Positions 42,312 through 59,663 of a stretch of 64,000 bases of DNA are shown one piece after another. Made by a program: the position numbers and the translations under genes. The first letter of the stretch is position 1; each line of letters opens with the position of its first letter. This DNA is from a virus (taxonomy: Duplodnaviria > Heunggongvirae > Uroviricota > Caudoviricetes), in the IMG/VR virus record IMGVR_UViG_2706796742_000001, positions 1 through 64,000 of that record; one strand, given 5' to 3'. The notes beneath the pieces were generated by a model, which was given only the letters and a program-made list of their open reading frames with translations, was not told the DNA's origin and ran no database searches.

Positions 42312-42758
42312 ATGGCTATGTATCAGCAATATTCCCCTAAAGACGTTGTATGTAGCTGGAATGGCATTGCTATTGAAGGCTTTGCCCCAGACTCATTCTT
42401 ACGTCTACAGAGAACATCACCACTTATTACACCAGTTGTAGGTGCAGGTGGTCAAGTTGCTCTGACAAGAAATGCAGACAAGACAGGTACTATTGAGATT
42501 GAGCTAATGCAGACTTCTCTCTCTAACCAGATGCTTTCTGCAATTCAAGCTAAACAAGACAATATGGAACTTGAAGAAGATATCTCTTCTAACTTCGTAA
42601 TCTACGACCCATCAGGCTCTGTTCTGGCAACTGGTATTAATGCTTGGTTGCAGGAATTACCACAGATTGAACTTGGTCGTGACCAGAACTCTAAGACTTG
42701 GATTTTTGGTTGTGAGAAGCTAGACTACACTTCTACAATTCCAGCGTCAAGTGTTTAA
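42312..42758 (+). CDS. tail tube protein (by position and size)
   Basis: 148-aa ORF followed by strong terminator hairpin. Confidence 0.5.
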   Translation: MAMYQQYSPKDVVCSWNGIAIEGFAPDSFLRLQRTSPLITPVVGAGGQVALTRNADKTGTIEIELMQTSLSNQMLSAIQAKQDNMELEEDISSNFVIYDPSGSVLATGINAWLQELPQIELGRDQNSKTWIFGCEKLDYTSTIPASSV

Positions 42759-42770
42759 TATATCCTATAA

Positions 42771-42803
42771 GGGGGAGACTTTAAAAGGTCTTCCCCTTTT
42801 TTG
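42771..42803 (+). terminator. rho-independent terminator after tail tube gene
   Basis: GGGGGAGACTTTAAAAGGTCTTCCCC followed by TTTTTT. Confidence 0.6.
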
Positions 42804-42831
42804 TTTCTTTTGAAAGTATTAAGGAATCACA

Positions 42832-43230
42832 ATGAAAACAGAATCTAGAGTAATTAACGGTAAGAAAGTAAATATCATTCTGCTTGGGGCAAGAGATGGT
42901 ATTAAGATGTCTATGAAGTTGGGTAAAATTGTTGTTCCAACTTTTGCACAGATGCTATCAAGTCTGACTGATAAAGATAAGAAAGAGGCTCCAACGGTTC
43001 CATTTAAAGAACTTGTTGAGGCTTGTTTTGACAGAATTGAAGAAATTAACCTTGAAGAAATGGCTACCCTACTATTTCAAGGGGCAACTGTTGATGACTT
43101 CCCACTTAATATTGATACGTACTTCCAAGCAAACTATGGTGAATTTATTGATTACTTAGCATTTGCGCTGGAGGCAAACTTCGGAAGTTTTTTCGAAGCA
43201 AGCATTTTCAAAAGCCTAACTTCTCAGTAA
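42832..43230 (+). CDS. tail assembly chaperone (putative)
   Basis: ORF between tube and tape-measure genes. Confidence 0.4.
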   Translation: MKTESRVINGKKVNIILLGARDGIKMSMKLGKIVVPTFAQMLSSLTDKDKKEAPTVPFKELVEACFDRIEEINLEEMATLLFQGATVDDFPLNIDTYFQANYGEFIDYLAFALEANFGSFFEASIFKSLTSQ

Positions 43231-43232
43231 AC

Positions 43233-43471
43233 ATGGGTAACACTCTACAGACACCACTAACTGATGCTGCTGTAGAGTCAACCTATGAAGAAGCAGACGA
43301 GATGAAATTTGTGCTTGCTATTTATGGTATGGAAGGGTGTAAAGAAACACTTGACCAACTCTTTGCTATGACATTCTCTGATTTATTATCATTGAGACAA
43401 TTTCTTGAAATTCAGAGGTCGTATAAAGAGGAAATTGCTTACAACGAACTTAGAAGAGCAGGAAAAATGTA

Positions 43472-43472
<1 letters not shown>
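43233..43472 (+). CDS. tail assembly chaperone, second ORF (putative)
   Basis: Small ORF directly upstream of tape measure. Confidence 0.35.
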
Positions 43473-51506
<8,034 letters not shown>

Positions 51507-51508
51507 TA

Positions 51509-52675
51509 ATGGCAGTAGGTGAAATTCAAATTAGTGCCTTGCCTCAAGCAGCCTTACCAATTGACCTTAGTGATATCTTCCATCTTAAGCAGGGTATTGA
51601 GGATAAGAGATGCACTCTTGAGCAACTACTTGCTCCACACTCAAGCCTAAGAAACAACCCTCATGGTGTTACTAAGACACAGATTGGTTTAGATAATGTT
51701 ATTAATGCTCTTCAGTTAGTTGCTGCAAATAACTTATCAGATGTTACTAATGTTGATGAGGCAAGAGCAAATCTACAGATTATGTCTTCAGAAGAGGTTA
51801 ATAACCTTGTTCAACAGCATATTAATGATAAGAGTAACCCACACAACACAACTAAGGCACAGGTTGGTTTAAGTAATGTTCAGAACTGGACAACATCTAA
51901 CCTTTATAATGAAGATGCAGATAAGTACGCTACAGCAAGAGCAGTAAATAACTTGTACAAGGCTGTTCAGGCTTCTTACCCTGTCGGTACATTACATCTC
52001 TCTATGAATCCTGCAAACCCTTCTACATATTTAATTTGTGGGGGCACTTGGGAGTTAGTATCAAAAGGGCGAGCATTAGTAGGTTACGGTGATAACTCAA
52101 GGCCAGTTGGTAGTAACTTTGGCTCTAGTAGTGTTAGTTTGTCTAGTAACAATTTACCATCACACAGTCATTCAATCTATCTAACTGGTGGTGGGCATAC
52201 ACATGGTGCTGCCATTGCTATTGATAGCTTTGATTATGGTACTAAGGGTACAAGCAGTTTCGATTATGGAACAAAAAACACTAATACTACAGGGAATCAC
52301 TCACACTCAGTCAGTGGTTCTACCAATACCACTGGTAACCACCAGCATAGTGTAGGTGGTCGTTACGGTGGTGACTCTATCGGTGGTAAACAGCGTGTTC
52401 AGGTATCAGGAACAAACCAGATTTCAAGTGTTGCTGGTGACCACTCCCATACTATTAGCGGCTCAACTAATACAGTTGGTGACCACTACCATAGTGTTGC
52501 AATTGGGGCTCATACACATACGGTTGGGATTGGTGCTCATACACATAAAGGCACAGTAACTTTGCAGTCATCTGAACATACTCACTCAGGTACTACGGGT
52601 GCTACTGGTGCTGGTCAAGCATTTAGTATTGAACAACCATCTTTTGTTGTTTATGTGTGGCAAAGAACCGCTTAA
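51509..52675 (+). CDS. tail fiber protein with His-rich HxH repeat C-terminal domain
   Basis: C-terminal repeats HSHS, GNHSHSVSG, GNHQHSVGG, GDHSHTISG, GDHYHSVAIGAHTHTVGIGAHTHKG; terminator downstream. Confidence 0.6.
   Translation: MAVGEIQISALPQAALPIDLSDIFHLKQGIEDKRCTLEQLLAPHSSLRNNPHGVTKTQIGLDNVINALQLVAANNLSDVTNVDEARANLQIMSSEEVNNLVQQHINDKSNPHNTTKAQVGLSNVQNWTTSNLYNEDADKYATARAVNNLYKAVQASYPVGTLHLSMNPANPSTYLICGGTWELVSKGRALVGYGDNSRPVGSNFGSSSVSLSSNNLPSHSHSIYLTGGGHTHGAAIAIDSFDYGTKGTSSFDYGTKNTNTTGNHSHSVSGSTNTTGNHQHSVGGRYGGDSIGGKQRVQVSGTNQISSVAGDHSHTISGSTNTVGDHYHSVAIGAHTHTVGIGAHTHKGTVTLQSSEHTHSGTTGATGAGQAFSIEQPSFVVYVWQRTA
52351..52419 (+). repeat. 69-bp near-identical repeat in tail fiber gene (copy 1)
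   Basis: TGTAGGTGGTCGTTACGGTGGTGACTCTATCGGTGGTAAACAGCGTGTTCAGGTATCAGGAACAAACCA matches 54800-54868 with one mismatch. Confidence 0.75.
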
Positions 52676-52684
52676 TTTCTTTAC

Positions 52685-52706
52685 AGGGGCTTTATAGCCC
52701 CTTTTA
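52685..52706 (+). terminator. hairpin terminator after first tail fiber gene
   Basis: AGGGGCTTTATAGCCCCT followed by TTT. Confidence 0.45.
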
Positions 52707-52721
52707 AGAGGAAAATTTATA

Positions 52722-55064
52722 ATGGTAGATTACAAGTTGAGTGAATTAAACTCAATCGACACAATCCGTTCAGACGACCTTCTTCATGTCAGAGTTAAAA
52801 AGAGACCTGAAATGCTGGGTGATGAAGACCGTCGAATGACCTATCAAGATTTCTTAGCATCTTTTAAACTTGAAAGATTTGTTCAGATTGCTGGTAGTAC
52901 TATGACTGGTGACTTAGGGATTGTTAAGTTACTTTATGGTGGTAAGTCAGTATTTGACCCAACAGGTTCTTCTGAGATTACTATTGGGGATGTTTTAAAG
53001 ACTTTTAAAATTAACGCAAATGGTCTTAAGCTAACCATTGCAGATGCTTCGAGGTCAGCAACTGTTTATCATACTCTTAATAAACCAAGCCCTAATGAAC
53101 TTGGGATGAGAACTAATGAAGAGAATGATGCAAGATATGCAAGGCTTGCTGTCACAAACACATTCTCTGGAACTCAGAACATTCAAGGTGATGTTAACTT
53201 ACTTCGCCTTAGAAACCAAAATGCAAACAATGCACAATATATTGAAGGTGTAAACCTAGATGGTTCAGCTAGATGGTTGGTTGGTATTAGTAAAAATGGC
53301 TCTGATGCAGTGCAACTGTACAATAATAAATATGACTCAGCTTTGACTATTGCAAGCAATGTCTCTGTTAATAAGTCTTTAGCAATCACTGGTCAAGTTC
53401 AACCATCAGATTTCTCTAACTTAGATGCTAGATACTTTACTCAGACAGCAGCTAATCAGAGATTTGCACAGTTAGCTGGCAATAACACTTTTAGTGGCTC
53501 GAACACATTTATTAACAGACTAAGTGTTTTCAAAAAAGATGGTGAGGCAATTAGGCTACAGAATAACAATGCTACACGGCCATTGTACATTATGGCGATT
53601 GATAGCGAAGGTGCCAAAAGATGGTACGTTGGTAATACTGATACAAGTGATAACGTAGTTCTAGAAAACTACAAAACTGGTGGAAAAATTACTGTAGGTA
53701 CAAGTGTTAATATCAATAAAACACTAACTGTAACTGGTCAAGTTCAACCTTCTGATTGGACTAATATTGATTCAAGATATATTCCGGTAGGAACTTTGAG
53801 TAATCTTGCTAAACTTAATGTTAAGAATACTTTTTCTCAAGGCCAGATTATCAATGCTGATGGGGAAGGTCTTAAGATTCAAGGTGTAAAAGATACTGGT
53901 GGATTGTTCTTGCAAGGTTGTACTTCTTCTGGTGCTAAGAAGTGGTTTATGGGTACTAATGATGCAGGTAACTTCACTATCAGGGAGATGGTGCTAGGCA
54001 CTGAACTGTCTCTTAGGGAGAACTATATTCAGTTTAATAAGAATGTGACAATCAATGGTCAAGTTCAACCTTCAGATTTCTCTAACTTAGATGCCAGATA
54101 CTACGTTAAATCGGCAACCGATGCGAAGTACATCTGGTCAGCAGTCAGGGAGACAGTAAGAGAGGAGGATGGTGGTGTAGCTTGGAATAAACCTTCAGGA
54201 ATCTATCTGTGGATGCGCAAGGGTGGTGGGTCAAACCGTTTAGTCTCGCACATGTTCGTTAATACGGGAGCATCAACACCTGCTGCACAATTGATGTTTG
54301 ATTATAGAAATGGTGGGATGTGGTACAGAACAGCCAGAGACGCACATGGTTTTGAGCAGGACTGGGCTAAGGTTTATACAGAGGCTCAGAAGCCAACCCC
54401 TTCAGAAATTGGTGCATACACTAAAGCTGAAACTGACCAGAAGATTGCAACAGCAATTACTAATTCTACAGACCTTAATAAAATCTATCCAGTAGGTATT
54501 GTAACGTGGTTTAACAGTAATGTTGACCCTAATACTGCACTTCCTGGATTAACTTGGACGTACCTGAACAATGGTGTTGGCAGAACTATTAGAATTGCAG
54601 CAGCAAATGGTTCAGATGTTGCTACAACTGGTGGTTCAGACTCTGTAACGTTATCTGTTGGTAACTTGCCTTCACACACTCATAGTTTCTCTGCGACTAC
54701 TTCATCATTTGACTATGGTACAAAGACCACTAACAGTACTGGTGCTCATACACACTCGGTCAGTGGTTCTACTAACAACACTGGTGCTCATACACACACT
54801 GTAGGTGGTCGTTACGGTGGTGACTCCATCGGTGGTAAACAGCGTGTTCAGGTATCAGGAACAAACCAAGTTTCAAGCTCTGCTGGTGCTCACGCTCACA
54901 CTGTGTCTGGTACTGCTGCTTCTGCTGGTGCTCATGCTCACACAGTAGGTATTGGTGCTCACAGCCACACAGTATCTGGTAACACAGGTGGTACAGGTTC
55001 TGGTTCAGCGTTTAGTGTTACTAATCAGTTCTACAAGTTAATGGCTTGGGTAAGGACTGCTTAA
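52722..55064 (+). CDS. long tail fiber protein, paralogous C-terminal His-rich domain
   Basis: 780-aa ORF; internal repeats GQVQPSDFSNLDARY (x3); C-terminus shares GGRYGGDSIGGKQRVQVSGTNQ and HxH motifs with upstream fiber. Confidence 0.6.
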   Translation: MVDYKLSELNSIDTIRSDDLLHVRVKKRPEMLGDEDRRMTYQDFLASFKLERFVQIAGSTMTGDLGIVKLLYGGKSVFDPTGSSEITIGDVLKTFKINANGLKLTIADASRSATVYHTLNKPSPNELGMRTNEENDARYARLAVTNTFSGTQNIQGDVNLLRLRNQNANNAQYIEGVNLDGSARWLVGISKNGSDAVQLYNNKYDSALTIASNVSVNKSLAITGQVQPSDFSNLDARYFTQTAANQRFAQLAGNNTFSGSNTFINRLSVFKKDGEAIRLQNNNATRPLYIMAIDSEGAKRWYVGNTDTSDNVVLENYKTGGKITVGTSVNINKTLTVTGQVQPSDWTNIDSRYIPVGTLSNLAKLNVKNTFSQGQIINADGEGLKIQGVKDTGGLFLQGCTSSGAKKWFMGTNDAGNFTIREMVLGTELSLRENYIQFNKNVTINGQVQPSDFSNLDARYYVKSATDAKYIWSAVRETVREEDGGVAWNKPSGIYLWMRKGGGSNRLVSHMFVNTGASTPAAQLMFDYRNGGMWYRTARDAHGFEQDWAKVYTEAQKPTPSEIGAYTKAETDQKIATAITNSTDLNKIYPVGIVTWFNSNVDPNTALPGLTWTYLNNGVGRTIRIAAANGSDVATTGGSDSVTLSVGNLPSHTHSFSATTSSFDYGTKTTNSTGAHTHSVSGSTNNTGAHTHTVGGRYGGDSIGGKQRVQVSGTNQVSSSAGAHAHTVSGTAASAGAHAHTVGIGAHSHTVSGNTGGTGSGSAFSVTNQFYKLMAWVRTA
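54800..54868 (+). repeat. 69-bp near-identical repeat in long tail fiber gene (copy 2)
   Basis: Same sequence as 52351-52419 with T to C at one position. Confidence 0.75.
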
Positions 55065-55143
55065 TACCTTGTTGACTGATTATTAAGATGGTGTTAATAT
55101 TCTTTATAGGTATTCTCACCATCTTGGCTGGTAAGGTGATTAA

Positions 55144-55338
55144 ATGCCTACAATCCTAGCAATTCTTCTAAAAAATCTAGGTAGCTTCTTCTGGAAACTC
55201 ATTTTATCCCTTCTAAGTGAATACATGATTGAGAAAGTGTTCTTTAGGCTTGCAAGATACCTTGCGAGTAAAACAGACACACCTATTGATGATGAGTTCG
55301 TAGATAACTTAGAAAAAGCTTTTAAGGGGGAGAAATAA
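55144..55338 (+). CDS. small membrane protein
   Basis: 64-aa ORF with hydrophobic N-terminus. Confidence 0.35.
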   Translation: MPTILAILLKNLGSFFWKLILSLLSEYMIEKVFFRLARYLASKTDTPIDDEFVDNLEKAFKGEK

Positions 55339-55710
55339 ATGAAGTGGCTAGAGGAAGCTTTTAAAAATAATATTGGTGCAATTGTAGTTGGTATTTTTAG
55401 TGTTATTGGGACATTTACCACGATGCAGGTTTCAAGTGGTAAACAAGAAGTGTCTGTCACAACGAAATTACAGCAGTTAGATAGTTATTCAAAAAGTAAC
55501 TACTCAGCTATTCGTGATTTACAATCTGACATGAGACTACTCCAGCTAGGGATGGAGAACCAGAAAGTCCAGTTAGAGAATGTTAAGGGTGAGAACGCAA
55601 AACTTACCAAAACCCTTGATAAATTCTCTGATAGCGTGAACAATCTGGCTCAATCAGTATCAGCCCTCCAAGCTATTACTGAGAAGAACACAAAGAATAC
55701 TGAAAAATAA
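55339..55710 (+). CDS. membrane-anchored coiled-coil protein
   Basis: TM segment IGAIVVGIFSVIGTF then heptad-like Gln/Leu-rich region. Confidence 0.4.
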   Translation: MKWLEEAFKNNIGAIVVGIFSVIGTFTTMQVSSGKQEVSVTTKLQQLDSYSKSNYSAIRDLQSDMRLLQLGMENQKVQLENVKGENAKLTKTLDKFSDSVNNLAQSVSALQAITEKNTKNTEK

Positions 55711-55716
55711 AATTTT

Positions 55717-55747
55717 AAGGCTCCCGTAAAAAGGAGCCTTTTTTTGT
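55717..55747. terminator. terminator between convergent late and replication blocks (possibly bidirectional)
   Basis: AAGGCTCC-CGTAAAAA-GGAGCCTT followed by TTTTTTTG; A-rich on other side. Confidence 0.55.
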
Positions 55748-55749
55748 TT

Positions 55750-56649
55750 TCACTTACCTACTGATAGAGGTGCTTCAATCTTCCCTGCATGTTGGTAGTT
55801 GTTAATGCCACCAATAAAATCACTTGCAGTGAGATGTTTTAAGTCACTTAAAGTGTTAAGTGGGACACCAATCTCAAAAGTTGGTGCATGGAACTCTTCA
55901 TTGTTCATCAGTTCATAAACCTGCTTCATATGGTTCTGATAAATCTGAGTATCTCCAAAGACACCTATCAAGTACCGTGGAGTGTATCCAGTCATCTTAC
56001 AAAGAACTTCCAGAATAAAACCGTAAGATGCAATATTAAACGGAAGTCCTAAAAAGGTGTCTACTGAACGCTGATACCATTGTAAGTCAACTTCACCCTC
56101 GTTAGTAATATAAATCTGAAACAGAACATGACAAGGTGCTAAAGCCATTGAGTTTGCTGCAATATCTGCTGCATTCCAAGCATTAACAAGCATGTAACGG
56201 TCTGTGATATCACCCTTCATCTTTGTTACTAAGGTCTCTAACTGGTCTACAACACAACCATTATGACCTTCAAAGTTTCTCCACTGAACCCCGTAGATTC
56301 TTCCACCTGCATCTTCTAACCAATCTTGTTCAGAAGAATAATTAGAGCTTAACCAGCGTTTAAAATCATCTGACCAGATAGTCCAACGTTCCCCATCATT
56401 TTCACCCCAAGTACGATAACGGAGTTCACCCAGCTTATTCTCTCCGTTCAGGAACCATAGAGCTTCCCCAATAACTTGCCGTGTAAACACCTGTTTAGAT
56501 GTTAAGAGTGGGAAACCAGTTCGCATATCAAAACGAAACTGAGGTGGAGCAAATGCAGAGATAACATCTCCAGTTCGTGTAGTACGCAGTTCACCAACGG
56601 ATAAAACATGGCTCAGGATATTTTTGTAACTTGTATCTGCTTGTGACAT
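55750..56649 (-). CDS. thyA: thymidylate synthase
   Basis: Active-site motif ALAPCHVLFQIY (PCH...QFY); 299 aa. Confidence 0.75.
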   Translation of the reverse strand: MSQADTSYKNILSHVLSVGELRTTRTGDVISAFAPPQFRFDMRTGFPLLTSKQVFTRQVIGEALWFLNGENKLGELRYRTWGENDGERWTIWSDDFKRWLSSNYSSEQDWLEDAGGRIYGVQWRNFEGHNGCVVDQLETLVTKMKGDITDRYMLVNAWNAADIAANSMALAPCHVLFQIYITNEGEVDLQWYQRSVDTFLGLPFNIASYGFILEVLCKMTGYTPRYLIGVFGDTQIYQNHMKQVYELMNNEEFHAPTFEIGVPLNTLSDLKHLTASDFIGGINNYQHAGKIEAPLSVGK

Positions 56650-56650
56650 A

Positions 56651-57196
56651 TCAAAAGTGTCCTTTTACTTGTGGAACATAAATTTCAAAAGTTGCTTTAC
56701 CATCCTCTGATGGTTTTGACTGTACCTTTGTAAATACACGGTTATCATACAACTTATCAAAGAAGTTTTCAAAAGGTAAATGCACAGTGGCCTCTTCAGT
56801 AACTTTATGAAAGACTGTATGGAAAACTACATCAGCATACGGTAAAGCATTGACAAGGACACCTGCACCACCAATTACAAAGACATCTTCATCAATAGAG
56901 CTATCAAGATACTTCAAAAATGCTCCAAATGACTCTTTACTGGCTTTAGCATACATCACATCATCTTTTCCAAAGTCTATGCCTAAGTATGGTACAGAAT
57001 TTGTTAAGATGAGGTTTGCACGTTCTGGTAAAGGTTTACTACCCAGAGTCTTAAAAGTTTCGTTACCCATCACTACTAAGTTATTTTTAGTGAGTCTCTT
57101 AAACTCTTGCATGTCCTGTTTATGTCGAGGCCACGGCATACCAGTTGGAGTACCAAACTCACCATTTTCACCACTTGCAAAGATTAATTTAATCAT
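56651..57196 (-). CDS. folA: dihydrofolate reductase
   Basis: N-terminal MIKLIFASGENGEFG...MPW and VVMGNETFKTLG match DHFR motifs; adjacent to thymidylate synthase. Confidence 0.7.
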   Translation of the reverse strand: MIKLIFASGENGEFGTPTGMPWPRHKQDMQEFKRLTKNNLVVMGNETFKTLGSKPLPERANLILTNSVPYLGIDFGKDDVMYAKASKESFGAFLKYLDSSIDEDVFVIGGAGVLVNALPYADVVFHTVFHKVTEEATVHLPFENFFDKLYDNRVFTKVQSKPSEDGKATFEIYVPQVKGHF

Positions 57197-57453
57197 TTTG
57201 TAAACCCTTTCTTAATAAACCAGTTGATAACATTCTTCACAGCTTTATTGCTATGGTAGATTAAGTGTGGTGTAGGTTGGTATGAACCGTAAGCCCAGAA
57301 AGCAATAATTTCACTACACCCTGTACATCTTGTACTCTCTTCCGCAATATGACCGTTGACTATTTCACTTACCTCACCTTGTAAGTCTGTACATCCACAA
57401 TGTGGACAACGGATAGGTGCTCCGTCAGACTCATAGCAGTGTTCAATTTTCAT
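57193..57453 (-). CDS. small zinc-ribbon protein
   Basis: CPHCGC and CTGC pairs. Confidence 0.4.
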   Translation of the reverse strand: MKIEHCYESDGAPIRCPHCGCTDLQGEVSEIVNGHIAEESTRCTGCSEIIAFWAYGSYQPTPHLIYHSNKAVKNVINWFIKKGFTK

Positions 57454-57969
57454 TTATTTAACCTCAAAAACTGGCTCAAGAGCCAATATAAAATCTACAC
57501 AGTCATCTTCTTCATCCAGAATACCATCAAAGTTCTTAGGAACGAAGTCGAAGAGGCTCATAGAGTAGCGGTCAGAAGTAATCCTGATAGTTCCTCCGAT
57601 ATTCTCTACAGTTAATATTGTACGGCTTTCTGTTACCTCACTAAGAAGATTACTTACAAAGTCATCTAAGAAGTGCTTCATCAGTGATTTAAAACCTTTA
57701 GGGTAATCTGTACCAGAGTATGTTTCAATCTGAGGTACAAGCTTAACATTTATACTAGTCTTTGTTAAGAATGTGTTAGAGAACATACTATCAGGTAACT
57801 TACAAACAGTCTTTCCAGTACCTTCATGTTCAATCTCAACAAAACCAGCTTCATCGCCACATGTAACTATTTTAAAAGATGCTTCATTATCACCCTGTGA
57901 AGCCATAAACTTTTTAAGCATCACTTTAAGGAAATCTGCATGAGCATCTTGTAAGTAGATATCAATCAT
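57454..57969 (-). CDS. hypothetical protein
   Basis: 171-aa ORF. Confidence 0.45.
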   Translation of the reverse strand: MIDIYLQDAHADFLKVMLKKFMASQGDNEASFKIVTCGDEAGFVEIEHEGTGKTVCKLPDSMFSNTFLTKTSINVKLVPQIETYSGTDYPKGFKSLMKHFLDDFVSNLLSEVTESRTILTVENIGGTIRITSDRYSMSLFDFVPKNFDGILDEEDDCVDFILALEPVFEVK

Positions 57970-57982
57970 AGTTAATCACCTA

Positions 57983-58342
57983 TTATGGGAACAAACATTT
58001 AATGTCATCGTTTTTGAAAACGAAGCTTGTGTAGTTGTGACCGTCAACATCCAACCAAACAGCCTGAACATCTACACCATCAAGATTGTGGTAAAGCTCT
58101 TTGATGAAGTGGTCTTTCACAATCTGGCTGCTAGTTGTTTCCAGCTTAATGTTTGAGATTGCTGAACCTACAGCCATATAACCCATGACTCGCTTCTTCT
58201 CAGTATGCTTAATCTTACCATCTTTGTAAGCCATAATGAGATTGGAGAGAATCTTTACACCATAATACTTTTCAAGGTGAGTAGGTGCACCATAAAAGCC
58301 TAATGCGAAGTTTTCAGAGTGGATAATGTTTTCACGTTTCAT
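57983..58342 (-). CDS. hypothetical protein
   Basis: 119-aa ORF. Confidence 0.45.
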   Translation of the reverse strand: MKRENIIHSENFALGFYGAPTHLEKYYGVKILSNLIMAYKDGKIKHTEKKRVMGYMAVGSAISNIKLETTSSQIVKDHFIKELYHNLDGVDVQAVWLDVDGHNYTSFVFKNDDIKCLFP

Positions 58343-58343
58343 A

Positions 58344-58673
58344 TTAATCTGCCAACCTTAAATTAAAATTAACACCAAATTTTTCACATACTTCCAACAT
58401 AAACTCAAGAGAGACATTACCAGTGAGGTTGATTATGTTGGATACACGAGCCTGAGAGATACCACAAATTTTAGCAACTTGCTCTTGAGAAAGACCTCTG
58501 GATTTAATCTCTCTCTTAAAACGATGTGCAACGAAATCTCTCATTTCGTCTACATCCATTGGACAAATATAACTTTCCATTTCAGCCTCTCTGTCAGCCT
58601 CCCAATCATCTTGTGGAGCATAAGGGTCAAAAACCTCATTCATCTTTCTTCTTCCGTTTTCGTGAAGTGTCAA
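58344..58673 (-). CDS. XRE-family helix-turn-helix DNA-binding protein
   Basis: HTH segment LSQEQVAKICGISQARVSNI. Confidence 0.55.
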   Translation of the reverse strand: MTLHENGRRKMNEVFDPYAPQDDWEADREAEMESYICPMDVDEMRDFVAHRFKREIKSRGLSQEQVAKICGISQARVSNIINLTGNVSLEFMLEVCEKFGVNFNLRLAD

Positions 58674-58848
58674 TCAATGAATCTATGTTTGTAGCTCTAA
58701 CCTTTTCACGTTCATCGTTAAGATAATCATCAAGAGCCTTCTCAATCTGTGAATCATCTTGACAGATAACTGTAAAGACTGTAAAGCCATCTGTATCATC
58801 AATTATCTTACCATAACCGCTTCTGGGATGTAACTTTTTAAGAGCCAT
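58636..58848 (-). CDS. hypothetical protein
   Basis: 70-aa ORF. Confidence 0.35.
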   Translation of the reverse strand: MALKKLHPRSGYGKIIDDTDGFTVFTVICQDDSQIEKALDDYLNDEREKVRATNIDSLIDTSRKRKKKDE

Positions 58849-58849
58849 A

Positions 58850-59233
58850 TCAAATACCTGTGCAGCTTCTGTTTTCTAAGAAATACTCAACACCATACAT
58901 AGCTTTTTGCATCAAATCTTCTTTAAACTGGATGCGATGATTGAGCATAGCTTGTACATCAATATCCTCATGGTGCTTCTCTTTAATGTTTGCAGATTGC
59001 AGGAAATACTCTGCAAGAACGCGATACTGATAGTCAGTTACCTTATCAGTCATCTCTGTTAAAGACTCTTCAGAGATTGGTTTAAGCAACTCACCATTAG
59101 ATATAGCAACACCTTTTACAATCTGGCAAGTGTCTTCTGGAACACCTGACAAGTCCACATTTGGGAGTTCTGTTGCATTGACTGGTAAATTCATTGCCAT
59201 AACCATTGCAGCAGCTAATAAAATCTTTTTCAT
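58850..59233 (-). CDS. secreted/periplasmic protein
   Basis: Signal peptide MKKILLAAAMVMAMNLPVNA; repeat-rich leader upstream. Confidence 0.45.
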   Translation of the reverse strand: MKKILLAAAMVMAMNLPVNATELPNVDLSGVPEDTCQIVKGVAISNGELLKPISEESLTEMTDKVTDYQYRVLAEYFLQSANIKEKHHEDIDVQAMLNHRIQFKEDLMQKAMYGVEYFLENRSCTGI

Positions 59234-59349
59234 AATGACCTCAAAGTTATATTAAATTTTGTATTACGTTGAGTATAAAAATAAGCTATAACACCTGACT
59301 TGTCAACAGATTTTATAGCTTATTTGGCAGATTTTTTATAAGGCTACTG

Positions 59350-59606
59350 CCATCCTTCCATACCATACTAAACCCGACCTTACCTCACCTTACCTAACCT
59401 TACCCCAACCTATCCTACCAGACCAAACCTTATTAAAAGACCCTGTTTAAAGACCTTTTAAAAAGGTAAGTCTCATTTTAATGTAGCTGAGACTAACTAC
59501 CCGCACCGAACCTAACCGGACCCGACCTGACATAACCGGACCTAGCCTTGCATTGCCGTACATCACTTAAAAATCCTCTTAGAAGACTCTTAAGTGATGC
59601 TGGTGA
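59350..59606. repeat. intergenic region with tandem ACCTTACC-type repeats and two inverted repeats
   Basis: GACCTTACCTCACCTTACCTAACCTTACCCCAACCTATCCTACCAGACC; CCGAACCTAACCGGACCCGACCTGACATAACCGGACC; inverted repeats GTCTCA...TGAGAC and CATCACTTAA...TTAAGTGATG. Confidence 0.6.
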
Positions 59607-59663
59607 GTACCCGTTGGTTTATGCTGCTCAGTATACTCACCAAATTTTCTATGTCAACAACTT

